In this document: positions 50,898 to 62,410 of the stretch, in pieces
How the letters are laid out: the number at the start of each line of letters is the position of its first letter
Numbering within the stretch: the stretch's first letter is position 1
Assembly (NCBI GenBank): GCA_964016885.1
Contig: OZ024744.1
Location: 81,406,001-81,470,000 of the forward strand
DNA length: 64,000 nucleotides
Direction: 5' to 3'
From: Eledone cirrhosa
Taxonomy: Eukaryota
Translations under genes and position numbers: made by a program
Notes under the pieces: model-generated
What the model was told of the DNA's origin: nothing
Seen by the model: the letters and a program-made list of their open reading frames with translations, nothing else
The model's database searches: none

Positions 50898-51482
50898 ATT
50901 ACATTGTTAGAGCCTCAGAGTATACAATATTTTTTGTTCGGCCCTCCGGAGCAAAGATGAAGAGATTGTTTAGCGAGCTCACCCTAGAGCATCCTACATA
51001 CAACTGACCATGGGAGAAGCACTGTTCTCGTAGTTCATCTCATGGAGAAGCTCTGTAGACGTTGACCTCTGGACACTCCTGTCAGGAGCAGGTAAGCTGT
51101 AGTGACTTAAAGGCCTACCACCAATCTCCAGGACACTGTTTTCAAGACAAATGAGCGGTTCTTTGAAAACAACATCGTATGTTACTTTCGGATTGTGTCT
51201 GCGTGTGCGGTGGAGGATGTCCTCAGCTAGACTTTCCCGGTGGTTGTTCCACATTGTGAGAGGGTCGGCGAGATCACAGTTGTGCAGCATAATAGCAAAA
51301 AGTTTTCGCAGCTGAGAAGGGACTTTAGCAGTTGCTGTTTCTTGCAGGGTGAGGTGCCAATGGCTGTCATTGTGTAACATACCATGCACCTGGCAAGCCA
51401 AATGGTAAGTGGAACATTGATGGCCATTGATGGTTCTCAGATCTTGGAAAGACTGTGGTCCTCTAACCTCGAACAGTAACAA
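50898..51482 (-). pseudogene. Helitron RepHel fragments
   Basis: VRGPQSFQDLRT..QLRKLFAIML joined by a deletion to FSHGQLYVGCSRV..TKNIVYSEAL*. Confidence 0.9.
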
Positions 51483-51929
51483 TGACGATAAGCCGTCTGT
51501 GCTTTCGTGAAATAAATAGGTTTTTGTTTTTGTGTATGCAAAAATATCTGTACACGAATATCTATATTACTAAAACAGAGAATCTCTGTTTGTCTGTCTA
51601 ATCACTAAAACTGGAGAACCACCCAACCGAGTTTTTCAAACTTTACACATGTAATACTTATGGTACCGTACGTGTTTTGATCAAAAGAAATTTCGAATTT
51701 TCAATGCCCTAGGGACCGCATTAGGCGATTTAGCGATCTCTCTCTATAATTCTTAGTCTTTCTCTTTTTAGATAGATACATGGATATAGCGTTGCACTCT
51801 TATAATATCTGTCTGTATGCCTGGCTGTCTGCATTACGTCATTATGAAGCAGTGTGTGTGTATATATATATATATAGTGCGTAACGTTTTTCGAAATATT
51901 TACTTCTGTGTTCACAGATTTATTATTTT

Positions 51930-51980
51930 AGTTTCAGAAGATCCCGTTAAGGGTGAAAGCAGCGATTCTTTGCTTAAACT
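51930..51980 (+). ncRNA. Non-canonical type I hammerhead fold (U4A, U10.1-U11.1)
   Basis: AGTTT-CAGAAGA-TCCC gttaa GGGT-GAAA-GCA(9 nt)TGC-TT-AAACT. Confidence 0.6.
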
Positions 51981-52365
51981 TTAATCTGTTATTTTTATAT
52001 ATATATATATATATAATTATATATTCGTGTACAGATATTTTTGCATACACATATAAACAAAAGTATTTATTTCGCGATAAAGTATTGATTTTCTTTGAAC
52101 GGAAAAAAACCCTGGTAATGTACGACAAATTTTTTTGTAAGCACAAAATGTAGACACCAACCCAAAGCCAAGGTATTCCGTACTTCTCTGTACTGTTATA
52201 TATATATATATATATTGTTATACTTTGGGAGGGTCATGTTGCCAATAAGAAACACACGCACCAGTTGCTTTTACTTCAATTTATTATAATAAATTTATAA
52301 ATTTAGGAATTTATAAATTTCTGGTTGGTTGGTTGGTTCCACAACCAGATAGTTGTTTATATATT

Positions 52366-52408
52366 GTCAAAGTTCTTTCGTCACATATTCTGTGACCTCT
52401 TCAGTGAC
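52366..52408 (-). ncRNA. Minimal type I hammerhead ribozyme, inverted copy
   Basis: Exact reverse complement of 55285-55327. Confidence 0.85.
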
Positions 52409-53324
52409 TGGGGATTCTTTTCTTTGTTTTTGTGCCTCTCCTTTGTTCTGTCCTACGCCATTTTGTTTCTGTGTGTGTGTTGTGTGCTCAGTCTGCGCAT
52501 GCGCCACATCCGGGTGTCTGTGTGTTTATATTCGTTTATTTATTTGTTTATTTACATGTTACCGGTTGGTTGTTTGTTCTATGTGCGTGTGTGTGTTCAT
52601 TTTGTCCTTAATTGTAAGTTGTGATGTTGCTGTTCCACTCATATTTTCTATTTAATTTTGGTTGTAATTCTTTTATGTTTATTGCCTCTGTGATTTGTCT
52701 AAACATTGCGTCTTTTCTGTGTGTAGATTCTATTTTTATTTCTATGTTCTCTAATTTACCCTTATGTTCTATTTTAGCATGTTGGTAGAGTACAGATGAT
52801 TCTTTACTATCTTGAAGGTCTCGCCAGTGTTCATTTATCCGTTCCCCTACACTACGAGCTGTCTCACCTATGTACACTATATTTTTGTCTCTACATTGTC
52901 CTTCAGTACATCTTATGCTATACACATTTCTAGTTTTACAGTTAATATGGGGGCTTATTTTACAGGTTATACATTTCTTATCTATACGGCGGGGGGGGGG
53001 GGTCTTTGAAAAGGGTATGTCTTGCTAATAAGTGTTTTTACGGAGGTACCTGGTTTTTCTACTATCTTAATATTGAGTTTATGTTTATCTAGGGCCCTTC
53101 TAAATTTGTAAGCTAATTCACCTCTAGGGGTTGTATCGATGAACATTACACTCTGGTATTTATTGCTATCATACCATGAGTTTATTCTATTGGGCTTCGA
53201 AAAGACCATAAAATGGGCAGTGACCCTGTCACGGGACCACCAACACGGCCAGTCTGTGGAGCTAACATTACTAGTAACTACAGACTGTCCTACTTCCTCT
53301 CCCTGATCATACGCCCATCATTGG

Positions 53325-54419
53325 TTGTCCCCAGATGTATGTGACAGCACGGAGGACCTCCTCAGCAGAATCGGTGAGGGTAACCGATCTAGGGACCTAA
53401 CAAGCTGCATAATAGGTAGTATGGATGTTGTGTCCCTGTATCCATCTATTGACATGGATTTTGCTGTGGAGAAATGCGTAGAAATGATCAGTGAGAGCAA
53501 TGTTGAGTTCCGTGGGATTGATACCAGTGAGCTGGGACTCCTACTTAAACGTACCTATAGTAATAATTACCTAGACACATATGACCTTAGCAACCTGTGC
53601 CCTACAAGACCAGCAAGAGGCAGACCACCTACCATTACCTCAATGGCCAAGAAAACCCACACAGATAGATGGAACGGGTGGACCAGAGCCATACGGACAC
53701 CCGAAAACCACGATGAACTGAAGAAAATGATTGCACATGCGGTAGGGGCCAGCATAAAACTAACCCTTAAGGAACATATGTTCAAATTTAATGAAAAAAC
53801 ATATGCCCAAGAGGAAGGAGCAGCCATTGGTGTTAGCATTGCAGGCGACATAGCTAACTTATTCATGGTATGGTGGGACAGTAGACTTAGACTTAAACTT
53901 AAACTTAAAGTACAATTAGAAGACCCCTTAACCCTGATAATGTACTCCCGCTACGTTGATGATATAAACATCGTAGTTAAGACACCCCCACTAGAGAACA
54001 GTCAGGAACTAGAGAAAAACACAATGGAAAGCATCCAGCAAATAGCTAACTCCATCCACCAGAGTATTAGAGTTACTATAGACTACCCAAGTAAACACCC
54101 CAACCATCGATTACCTGTACTAGACACAGAGCTCTGGTTAGATACCATTAATAACCAAAAACAAATCCTCCATTCCCATTATGCCAAACCCATGACTTCC
54201 AAACATCTGATCCACCGAAACTCAGCTGTTTCGGACCACACCAAAATCAACATACTGATTGCAGATTTGGTACGGGTGATGAGAAATGTGTCCCGCATGT
54301 GCAACCCAGAAGAACTAGAGAGACACATACAACACTTCATCCACCGTATGCAGTTCTCTGGTTACAATCAGAGAGATAAAATCAGAGTGTATAGAGGAGC
54401 CAGAACCAAAAAATGGTAA
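53325..54419 (+). CDS. PLE reverse transcriptase (partial)
   Basis: DVVSLYPSI, GAAIG..IANLFM, RYVDD, LPVLD, HYAKP. Confidence 0.9.
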   Translation: MSPDVCDSTEDLLSRIGEGNRSRDLTSCIIGSMDVVSLYPSIDMDFAVEKCVEMISESNVEFRGIDTSELGLLLKRTYSNNYLDTYDLSNLCPTRPARGRPPTITSMAKKTHTDRWNGWTRAIRTPENHDELKKMIAHAVGASIKLTLKEHMFKFNEKTYAQEEGAAIGVSIAGDIANLFMVWWDSRLRLKLKLKVQLEDPLTLIMYSRYVDDINIVVKTPPLENSQELEKNTMESIQQIANSIHQSIRVTIDYPSKHPNHRLPVLDTELWLDTINNQKQILHSHYAKPMTSKHLIHRNSAVSDHTKINILIADLVRVMRNVSRMCNPEELERHIQHFIHRMQFSGYNQRDKIRVYRGARTKKW

Positions 54420-55087
54420 ATAATGACACAAATCGGACCTGCCCCTTGTATAGGAGCAAATTTTGGAATAGAATAGAAAGAACTAGGAATAAGGCTAATA
54501 GAATAAACTCATGGTATGATAGCAATAAATACCAGAGTGTAATGTTCATCGATACAACCCCTAGAGGTGAATTAGCTTACAAATTTAGAAGGGCCCTAGA
54601 TAAACATAAACTCAATATTAAGATAGTAGAAAGACCAGGTACCTCCGTAAAAACACTTATTAGCAAGACATACCCTTTTCAAAGACCCCCCCCCCCCCCC
54701 CGCCGTATAGATAAGAAATGTATAACCTGTAAAATAAGCCCCCATATTAACTGTAAAACTAGAAATGTAGTGTATAGCATAAGATGTACTGAAGGACAAT
54801 GTAGAGACAAAAATATAGTGTACATAGGTGAGACAGCTCGTAGTGTAGGGGAACGGATAAATGAACACTGGCGAGACCTTCAAGATAGTAAAGAATCATC
54901 TGTACTCTACCAACATGCTAAAATAGAACATAAGGGTAAATTAGAGAACATAAAAATAAAAATAGAATCTACACACAGAAAAGACGCAATGTTTAGACAA
55001 ATCACAGAGGCAATAAACATAAAAGAATTACAACCAAAATTAAATAGAAAATATGAGTGGAACAGCAACATCACAACTTACAATTAA
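54413..55087 (+). CDS. PLE linker + GIY-YIG endonuclease, frameshifted from the RT
   Basis: VVYSIRC..VYIGETARS..RINEH..LYQH..RQITEA..LNRK. Confidence 0.9.
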   Translation: MVNNDTNRTCPLYRSKFWNRIERTRNKANRINSWYDSNKYQSVMFIDTTPRGELAYKFRRALDKHKLNIKIVERPGTSVKTLISKTYPFQRPPPPPRRIDKKCITCKISPHINCKTRNVVYSIRCTEGQCRDKNIVYIGETARSVGERINEHWRDLQDSKESSVLYQHAKIEHKGKLENIKIKIESTHRKDAMFRQITEAINIKELQPKLNRKYEWNSNITTYN

Positions 55088-55284
55088 GGACAAAATGAAA
55101 ACACACACACACATAGAACAAACAATCAACCGGTAACATGTAAATAAACAAATAAATAAACGAATATAAACACACAGACACCCGAATGTGGCGCATGCGC
55201 AGACTGAGCACACAACACACACAGAAACAAAATGGCGTAGGACAGAATAAAGGAGAGGCACAAAAACAAAGAAAAGAATCCCCA

Positions 55285-55327
55285 GTCACTGAAGAGGTCA
55301 CAGAATATGTGACGAAAGAACTTTGAC
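55285..55327 (+). ncRNA. Minimal type I hammerhead ribozyme in pLTR
   Basis: GTCA-CTGAAGA-G-GTCACA gaata TGTGAC-GAAA-GAAC-TT-TGAC. Confidence 0.85.
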
Positions 55328-55533
55328 AATATATAAACAACTATCTGGTTGTGGAACCAACCAACCAACCAGAAATTTATAAATTCCTAAATTTATAAAT
55401 TTATTATAATAAATTGAAGTAAAAGCAACTGGTGCGTGTGTTTCTTATTGGCAACATGACCCTCCCAAAGTATAACAATATCGGTTTCAACACACGTTTT
55501 CAGATAAAGAATCTTGCTAAACAAATTCAGAAA

Positions 55534-55570
<37 letters not shown>

Positions 55571-56653
55571 TATATTCATGTACAGATATTTTTGCATACA
55601 CAATAACAAAATATAAACAAACGTATTTATTTCACGAGGCTCGATAAGGATAAATATATATCAAATATATAAGAACCCTAGAGCAAATCCCGAGCAACGC
55701 CGGGCCATTCTGCTAGCATACATTAAAATAACATTAAAGTTTAAGCAAAGAATCGCTGCTTTCACCCTTAACTAAAAAAATCAGTCTGTGAACGCAGAAG
55801 TAAATATTTCGAAAAACGTTACCTAATGCAGACAGCCAGACATACAGAGACAAAAAAGAGGGGAATATTGTGCGACATCATAAGAAAAAGTGAGGAATGA
55901 CGTATAACCAGAAGTGTTGACATTTGAAATTTTAAAGAAGTGAATATTTAAATAATGTCTTTAATCTTTTAACAAAATTCAGTAGACAAAAATACCCTCA
56001 CTTTTTTACTTGGTGCATCTATGGTGCAAATTTGGTGCTGTTTGGTCCAGCCGTTTGGCGGAAAGTTTGTTACCTACATACGGCTGTCAGCTTTATAGTA
56101 TAGATAATATAAAATCTATGAGATTTTGATATTATTTTTATTCAAAAAAATACCTTAACGTCAGTATAAGCAGCTGGCTACAGCCGGTTTGAATAGAAAA
56201 AGATGATAGAATTCTGGCCAGATACGGCTAGTTTAAATGCATGTCAAAAAGCAGCATGACACCTGGAGTATGCTTTAGGTAACTTTAACCCTTTACCATT
56301 TACATTACTCTATATATACTATTATATTTTCACAGTAAAGACTTTACCTTACATAATTATCTTTCATAATATCAAATCTATGAGATTTTGATATTATTTA
56401 TTTTCAGAAAAATACCTTAACATCAGTATGAACAGCTGGTTACAGCCACTTTGAACAGAAAGTGGTGATAATTTTAGCTGGATACGGCTGGTTTAAATGC
56501 TAAAGAGTTTTAAATCTCTTCAAACGTCACCATGCTTGTTTGATAATGTATCCACAAATTACTCTAAAATTGACTCTTTCTCTATAAAGCATTTCCAAAA
56601 AAATTTTAAAAGCAGAAGATACTTCAATTCCGATGAGTTGCTAACAGAGAGAA

Positions 56654-56782
<129 letters not shown>

Positions 56783-56973
56783 TTTGCTTCCATATCTAGG
56801 ATGGTGCATGTACATAGCTGAATCTACAAATGCAGACAGTGTTGTTGGTTATTACCAACAGAAGATCATTGGCAATGATTCCATCAAAAAAAAAAAAAAA
56901 CACTACAATCATGTTATTAAATTAACCATCATGACACTGTCAGCAACATAAGTCGCCGATAGAGTAATCTCAC

Positions 56974-57107
56974 CTTAATACATAATACAGTGCCATGGGA
57001 AGTAATTCATAAAAAAACTCAGCATCCAGAAGGTTAATGCTGTTTCTTCTCTTTATATCATCTATTGATACTGTAACTCTTAATGCCTTGTCTTGTACCA
57101 CATGAAG
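56974..57107 (-). CDS. Candidate host-gene exon (134 nt), product unknown
   Basis: T-tract gctaatgcag| acceptor and AAG|gtgaga donor; only one open frame, LHVVQDKALRVTVSIDDIKRRNSINLLDAEFFYELLPMALYYVL; not repeat-like. Confidence 0.6.
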
Positions 57108-57149
57108 CTGCATTAGCAAAAAAAAAAAGTCTAAAAGTTGATTTCGAGC

Positions 57150-57410
57150 CTGGAGCCTCATCAGGTCAGTGCTTATCCCAGTTTCTATGGAGTTAGGCAA
57201 CTGAGAGTACAAGACTTCTCCCCTAGACAGGACGCCAGTCTATTGCAGTGTTAAATCCCCAGCTAATGCTGGTATTCATTTTCAGCTAAGTATACTGGAG
57301 TAACATGAAATAAAGTGTTTTGTTCAAGAACACAACACTCAACTCAGTCCAGGAATCGAACCCATGGCATTATGATCATAAGCCTAACATCTGTACCACT
57401 AGGCCATGCC
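57150..57410 (-). mobile_element. CORE-type tRNA SINE
   Basis: GGCATGGCCTAGTGG, GGTTCGATTCC, GTGTTCTTGAACAAAACACTT. Confidence 0.8.
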
Positions 57411-57691
57411 CCCCTCCCCTCCCCCATATTAGTAAGACACTTTTCTTTTGAAAAGTATAAAACAACACTATGACTGAATCACATTAAATATTTAAGCCTT
57501 TACTTTAGTTTATTGCAAATTTTCATAACAATCTGTCTACCAGCAAATTTTCATAACAATCTGTCTACCAGCAAAGATACTACAGACATTTGATTTAACA
57601 ACCCCATGAAACCAAATTAGTAAAAGATTCTTAAAAAGTACAAAATATCACTTATGACTGCATCACATTAGATATTAAAGTCTTTCCATTA

Positions 57692-57873
57692 ATAATTGTT
57701 TCTATTTTTGACACAAGGCCAGAAATTACCTCAGTACATTACTGGTGCTTTATTTTATCGATCCCATAAGGATGAAAGGCAAAGTTAACTGTGGCAGGAT
57801 TTGAACTCAGATCGTAAAGGGCCATAACACTGTACTGCAAAGCATGGCATCCAACCCTCTACCAATACTGCCA
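57692..57873 (-). mobile_element. MetaSINE-like SINE
   Basis: A/B boxes and core. Confidence 0.85.
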
Positions 57874-59148
57874 ATATAATGCAATAGTTTACACAAAATA
57901 TCTGTCCATTAGTAAAAATATTATAAACTATGAAAAATATTATATACCACCCTGTTTGATGTTTGATGGTTGTTTTGGTGTTGCAATAAAAGAAACACTC
58001 AGTCCACATAGTAGTATGGTTAGTATTAGGAAGAGCATCCAACCATAGAAACAAAGCCAGAAACAGATCCATATGAGCATGGCATGGTCATCTAACCTGA
58101 CTTGTCTCATAACTTGACAACCCATCTAACCCATGCTAGCATGAAAAATAGACGCTAAACAGTGACAATGATGATGATGATGATGAATCATAAAATTAAT
58201 GCGTAAATGACTCAGTATTCCACAAACTCATATACCCTTAACCCTTTACCATTTACATTACTCTATACACCCCTGTCCCACTACCCCCACGCCATCCACA
58301 CCACCCCGTTCAATGTAAAGTTATGTTGGTACCACAACATCCAGCCCGAAACAAATGAGGTTGTGTAGGTGTCACGACAAAAAACACACAGTCCACGCTG
58401 TAATGTGGCCGTGTCGGTAACACGATAAAAACCTCCCAGTTCCACACTGTAAATGTGGTTGGTGTTAGGAAGGGCATCCAGCCGTAGAAAACCCGCCAGA
58501 CAGTCCTATGCAAGCAAGACAACCACTCTTGCCTCAAGTGGGAAAACTCCCGTCCAAACCCATGCAAGTGTGGAATATGGACGTTAAACGATGATGATGA
58601 TGATGATATACTATTATATTTTCACAGTAAACACTTTATCTCACATAATTAATTCACATAATATCGAATCTACAAGGTTTTGATATTATTTATTTTGAGA
58701 ATAATACCTTAACATCAGTATGAGTGGCCAATTACTGCCAGTTTGAACAGAAAGAGGTGAGATAATTCTGGCTGGATACAGCCGGTTTAACCATTTAACA
58801 TTTACATTACTCTATATTTACTATTGTATTTTTGCAATAAAGGCTTTATCTCACTTATCAAATCTATGAGATTTTGATATTATTTATTTTGAAAAGAATA
58901 CCTTAACATAAGTATGAGTGGCGAGTTATGATCGGTTTGAACAGAAAGAGGTGAGAGAATTCTGGCCAGATACACCCAGTTTAAGATGCCGGACACATGT
59001 TTCAGGATTTTTGTCCATCATCAGTAATGTCTACATGCTTGATGCTGAGACAAGAATAAACTATAGCATATATACTTTACACATATAAAACATCTGCTGG
59101 TGATGCTTATTTGCATAGTGTGGGAACTTGACTGTCTAGGATTAATTA

Positions 59149-59606
59149 CACCAGTGAACACACTTTTTGCTGATGTAGGTTTTAATGTTGCTTTAGCTAA
59201 TTTTGAGGTGCTGATTTCAAATATGGCATCCATTTTTTCCTAACACATCAGGGTTTCATGTTTGTCTTTCCCTCAGATATCCCATAAACACAGGAAACAC
59301 AGATATTTTATATACCTTCCTTGTTGGCCAGAGGAAAACTTGACATGATAGAAAAAAGTATTGTCATTTTTAAACTCAGTGGCTCCAAATTATTCAGGAA
59401 CAGGTCTCAAACTTAGGTCAGCAGAACAAAGCAAAATTTTGTTGACCAATGTTATGCATACAGTGTATAATAAAATAGTGATGTACTATACAATGAAAAC
59501 CTAATGTGTTAGGGGGAACTGGATGCCAGATTTGAAATCAGCACTTCAAAATTAGTAAAAGAAATACCAACAAAACCTAAGTCAGCAAAATGTGTGTTGA
59601 CCAGTG
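59149..59606. mobile_element. Non-autonomous DNA transposon, Chapaev3-like
   Basis: ~80-bp imperfect TIRs CACCAGTGAACAC.. / ..GTGTTGACCAGTG, TTA on both sides; extra right ends near 59450 and 59770. Confidence 0.55.
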
Positions 59607-60068
59607 TTATCTATAAAGAGTCTCCATTCACAAGGATCATAATGTAGAGCACCCATCGCTTTTAACAGTCCACGTGATAGAAAATAAGTATTGACATTTT
59701 AAAACTCAGCGGCCACAAATTATTCAAATTTAGATCAGGGAAAAAAAAAAAAAAATGTTGTTGACCAGTATTATCAATAGTACTATTATATATACCTTCA
59801 TATACACGTTTATTATGAATCACACTATGTTAGTGCTACTAGTAATTAATCTTTTTGATATCAACTCAGCCCAAACTGGCTATGGTTCTATGAAACAAAA
59901 CCACCTATTTATTATAAATGGATTCTATTTAAATTAAAATATCTCCCAACATAATTTTATATAAGAACCATATGCTAAGTTATTTATCTTGGGTGTGAAA
60001 TAATCAATAATTTTAATAAATGCCTCAAAATAATTAATTAATTAATTAATTAAAATAGAGTGTATTAC

Positions 60069-60161
60069 ATTAGAAATGCAGTAACGAAAAGGATTAAAGT
60101 CCCCAGGGATTGTTATGCTTTGTGAGTGATGAAATGGCAAGATGAAGGTATTTACTGAATG
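60069..60161 (-). CDS. Candidate host-gene exon (93 nt)
   Basis: tatctattacag| acceptor and AAT|gtaata donor; single open frame HSVNTFILPFHHSQSITIPGDFNPFRYCISN, phase-compatible with 56974-57107. Confidence 0.45.
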
Positions 60162-60255
60162 CTGTAATAGATACATAAACATACTGTATATGCCTTCATA
60201 CACACATCTATCATTCAAAAGGTTTAATGCGTGTAATAATCTTTTCTGAGGCAAT

Positions 60256-60600
60256 TATTGGCAGAGTTGTTAGAACATCAGATAGAATGCTTTGTTGTAT
60301 TTGTTTCAACTCTCTACTCTCTTGAGTTCAAATCCCATCGTGGTCAACTTTGCCTTTCATCCATTTGAGGTTGATAAAAATATGTACTTGTCTAGTACTA
60401 GGGTCGATTCTTTCTCTATATCTCTTTCTCACTTCCATTCCCTCATTCTCTATCCTTCTTTGGAAGAAATCTGCTGTATTCAGATCTGGAGAGGAGATGG
60501 GCTCTGACAGGTTTAAAAATGCTCTAGAAACGCTGTATGTCAATACAGCATTTCTATTACTCCCTCATGAGTATGTAGATATGGTCCTTACATACATACA
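60256..60600 (+). mobile_element. MetaSINE-like SINE
   Basis: Homologous to 40074-40390. Confidence 0.8.
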
Positions 60601-60809
60601 ATCTTTTCTGATTGTGATAATTAGGGTATAAACCAAGAAAATAGACACATATTGTCCAAAATAGATACATATCATTCATAATTGTTTCTACTTTAGGCAC
60701 AAGGCCAGCAATTACCCAGTGCATTACTGGTACTTTATTTTATCGACCCCGTAAGGATGAAAGGCAAAGTTAACCTCGGCGGGATTTGAACTCATCATTC
60801 CTAATGTCA

Positions 60810-60995
60810 TTATTTATGTTCTGCGTCAAAAGTCCTCAGACACCCCCTCCAGTGGGTCCTGTCAGAAGCAACCATCTCCAACTGATTCAGTGGGATTTCC
60901 ATTTCCAAGCATGACCAGCCAAGCTCAAGGATGCTATCCAACCATCTTGCTTGGGGTCTACCCCTGGGTCTCCTGTTGGTTCGTTTTGCCCGCAA
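60810..60995 (-). pseudogene. RTE C-terminal fragment (same family at 46420-46545 +)
   Basis: RPRGRPQARWLD..VASDRTHWR. Confidence 0.75.
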
Positions 60996-61380
60996 TCTGA
61001 AATTCGTGTATCAGAGAGTGCTGCTATATTTATATTTAGTAATTGTAATTCCCTAGTTACAAGCAATATTCTATATTCTGGTCAGTTAGATATGACATGA
61101 TTCAGAAAGGTCCCAACATTCTAACAATAGAAGTTAAGCATGACACACTCCTTTATATATAATGTAGTTCTTCTAATTATTGATATTCTCCTTCCTGATT
61201 TATTGAATTGCCATTAGCCACTGTGAACTGATCGAATGAAATTAAACAGATAATTTTTTATACACTTTTTTCTATCACCTCTCTCGAAAACAGGTTGAGC
61301 AGTATACTCTCTAAACAGGGCTGCTCAAACATAAAAGTTTCCATCTAAATTACCAAATAAGTATAAAATAATAATAATAA

Positions 61381-61853
61381 TAATTGTTTCTACTTTTGGC
61401 ACAAGGCCAGCAATTATCCCAGTACATTGCTGGTACTTTATTTTATCGACCCCATAAGGATGAAAGGCAAAGTTAACCTCGGCGGGATTTGAACTCAGAT
61501 CGTAAAGGGACGTAACTATGCTGGAAAGCATGTCTGACCCTCTACCAATACTGCCAATTCACCGCCCTAAAATAACTATTTCTACTTTTGGCACAAGGCC
61601 AGCAATTACTCAGTACATTACTGGTACTTTATTTTATTGACCCCGTAAGGATGAAAAGCAAAATTAACTTCTTGTTTCTACTTTTGGCACAAGGCCAGCA
61701 ATTATCTCAGTGCATTACTGGTACTTTATTTTATCGACCCCATAAGGATGAAAGGCAAAGTTAACCTTGGCAGAATTTGAATTCAGACCATAAAGGGCCG
61801 TAACTGTATGCCACAAAGCATGGCGTTGGACCCTCTACCGATACTACCAATCC
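61381..61853 (-). mobile_element. Three tandem MetaSINE-like SINEs
   Basis: TTTCTACTTTTGGCACAAGGCCAGC at ~61387, 61579 and 61675. Confidence 0.9.
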
Positions 61854-61879
61854 ATTGTGATAAAATAATAATAATAATA

Positions 61880-62410
61880 ATGAAGTGTTCAGGTGCACTA
61901 CAACTCATCAATGGTGCATGTATAGTAGACAGAAAAGAGAACAGTGTATGAGTCATGATATACAGACAGACATGTGTGCATGTCTATGGAATGGGAATAT
62001 CAGGTGTAGTGTTGGCGAATTTTGGGAAGCATGGAAGTTTTGAAGCATGCAGTGTCTTGACAGCTAATCACTGATGCAGTTGGTTTATTCCATGAAGACA
62101 TATTAACAACCTTAAGATAAGACACGACACTTGTAAGCTATGTGCAGGTTTATAAGTAGATGCTTCTAGTCAGTTACACCTGCGCATGCCAATCACAGGA
62201 CTTGCATTAGAAGAAAAGGTGAAGAGGGTGAGGTCATAGGACAACTGTACCTTATTGGATTATAATGAAATACACTTGTACAACACATATGATACTCTCT
62301 AAATATCCATAGTTGACTATCCAGTGTCAAGCTAGAGGAAGATGACCAGAAACTTTTTCAACTGCAGGTTTTATATTTCAGAGCCTTCTCCTAGAGTTTC
62401 CCCAAATACA
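61880..62410 (-). pseudogene. CR1-like LINE 3' relic
   Basis: WNKPTASVISCQDTACFKTS-like C-terminus with a tail running into (TTA)n. Confidence 0.55.

Larger units (their letters stand above)
52212..55481 (+). mobile_element. Young 5'-truncated Penelope-like element with an inverted 3' copy
   Basis: 52212-53191 is the near-identical reverse complement of 54497-55481; the sense RT starts at 53192 (KDHK..PTRPV). Confidence 0.95.
51561..55716 (+). mobile_element. Inner non-autonomous Helitron
   Basis: A|TCTATATTACTAAAA start; CCCGAGCAACGCCGGG hairpin then CTAG at 55713-55716 (next base is C rather than the expected T). Confidence 0.8.
50608..56104 (-). mobile_element. Outer non-autonomous Helitron
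   Basis: 5' TCTATACTATAAAG, 3' CCGG hairpin + CTAG, inserted A|T with no TSD; the flanks rejoin as a TTAA MITE. Confidence 0.9.

Noticed and set aside
54405-54420. Programmed frameshift between PLE RT and endonuclease
   Set aside because: PLEs normally have a single ORF; an indel in the A-run of this copy is the simpler explanation.
61279-61344. Further minus-strand exon METFMFEQPCLESILLNLFSRE
   Set aside because: Weak polypyrimidine tract and weak donor (GTGATA); could be chance.
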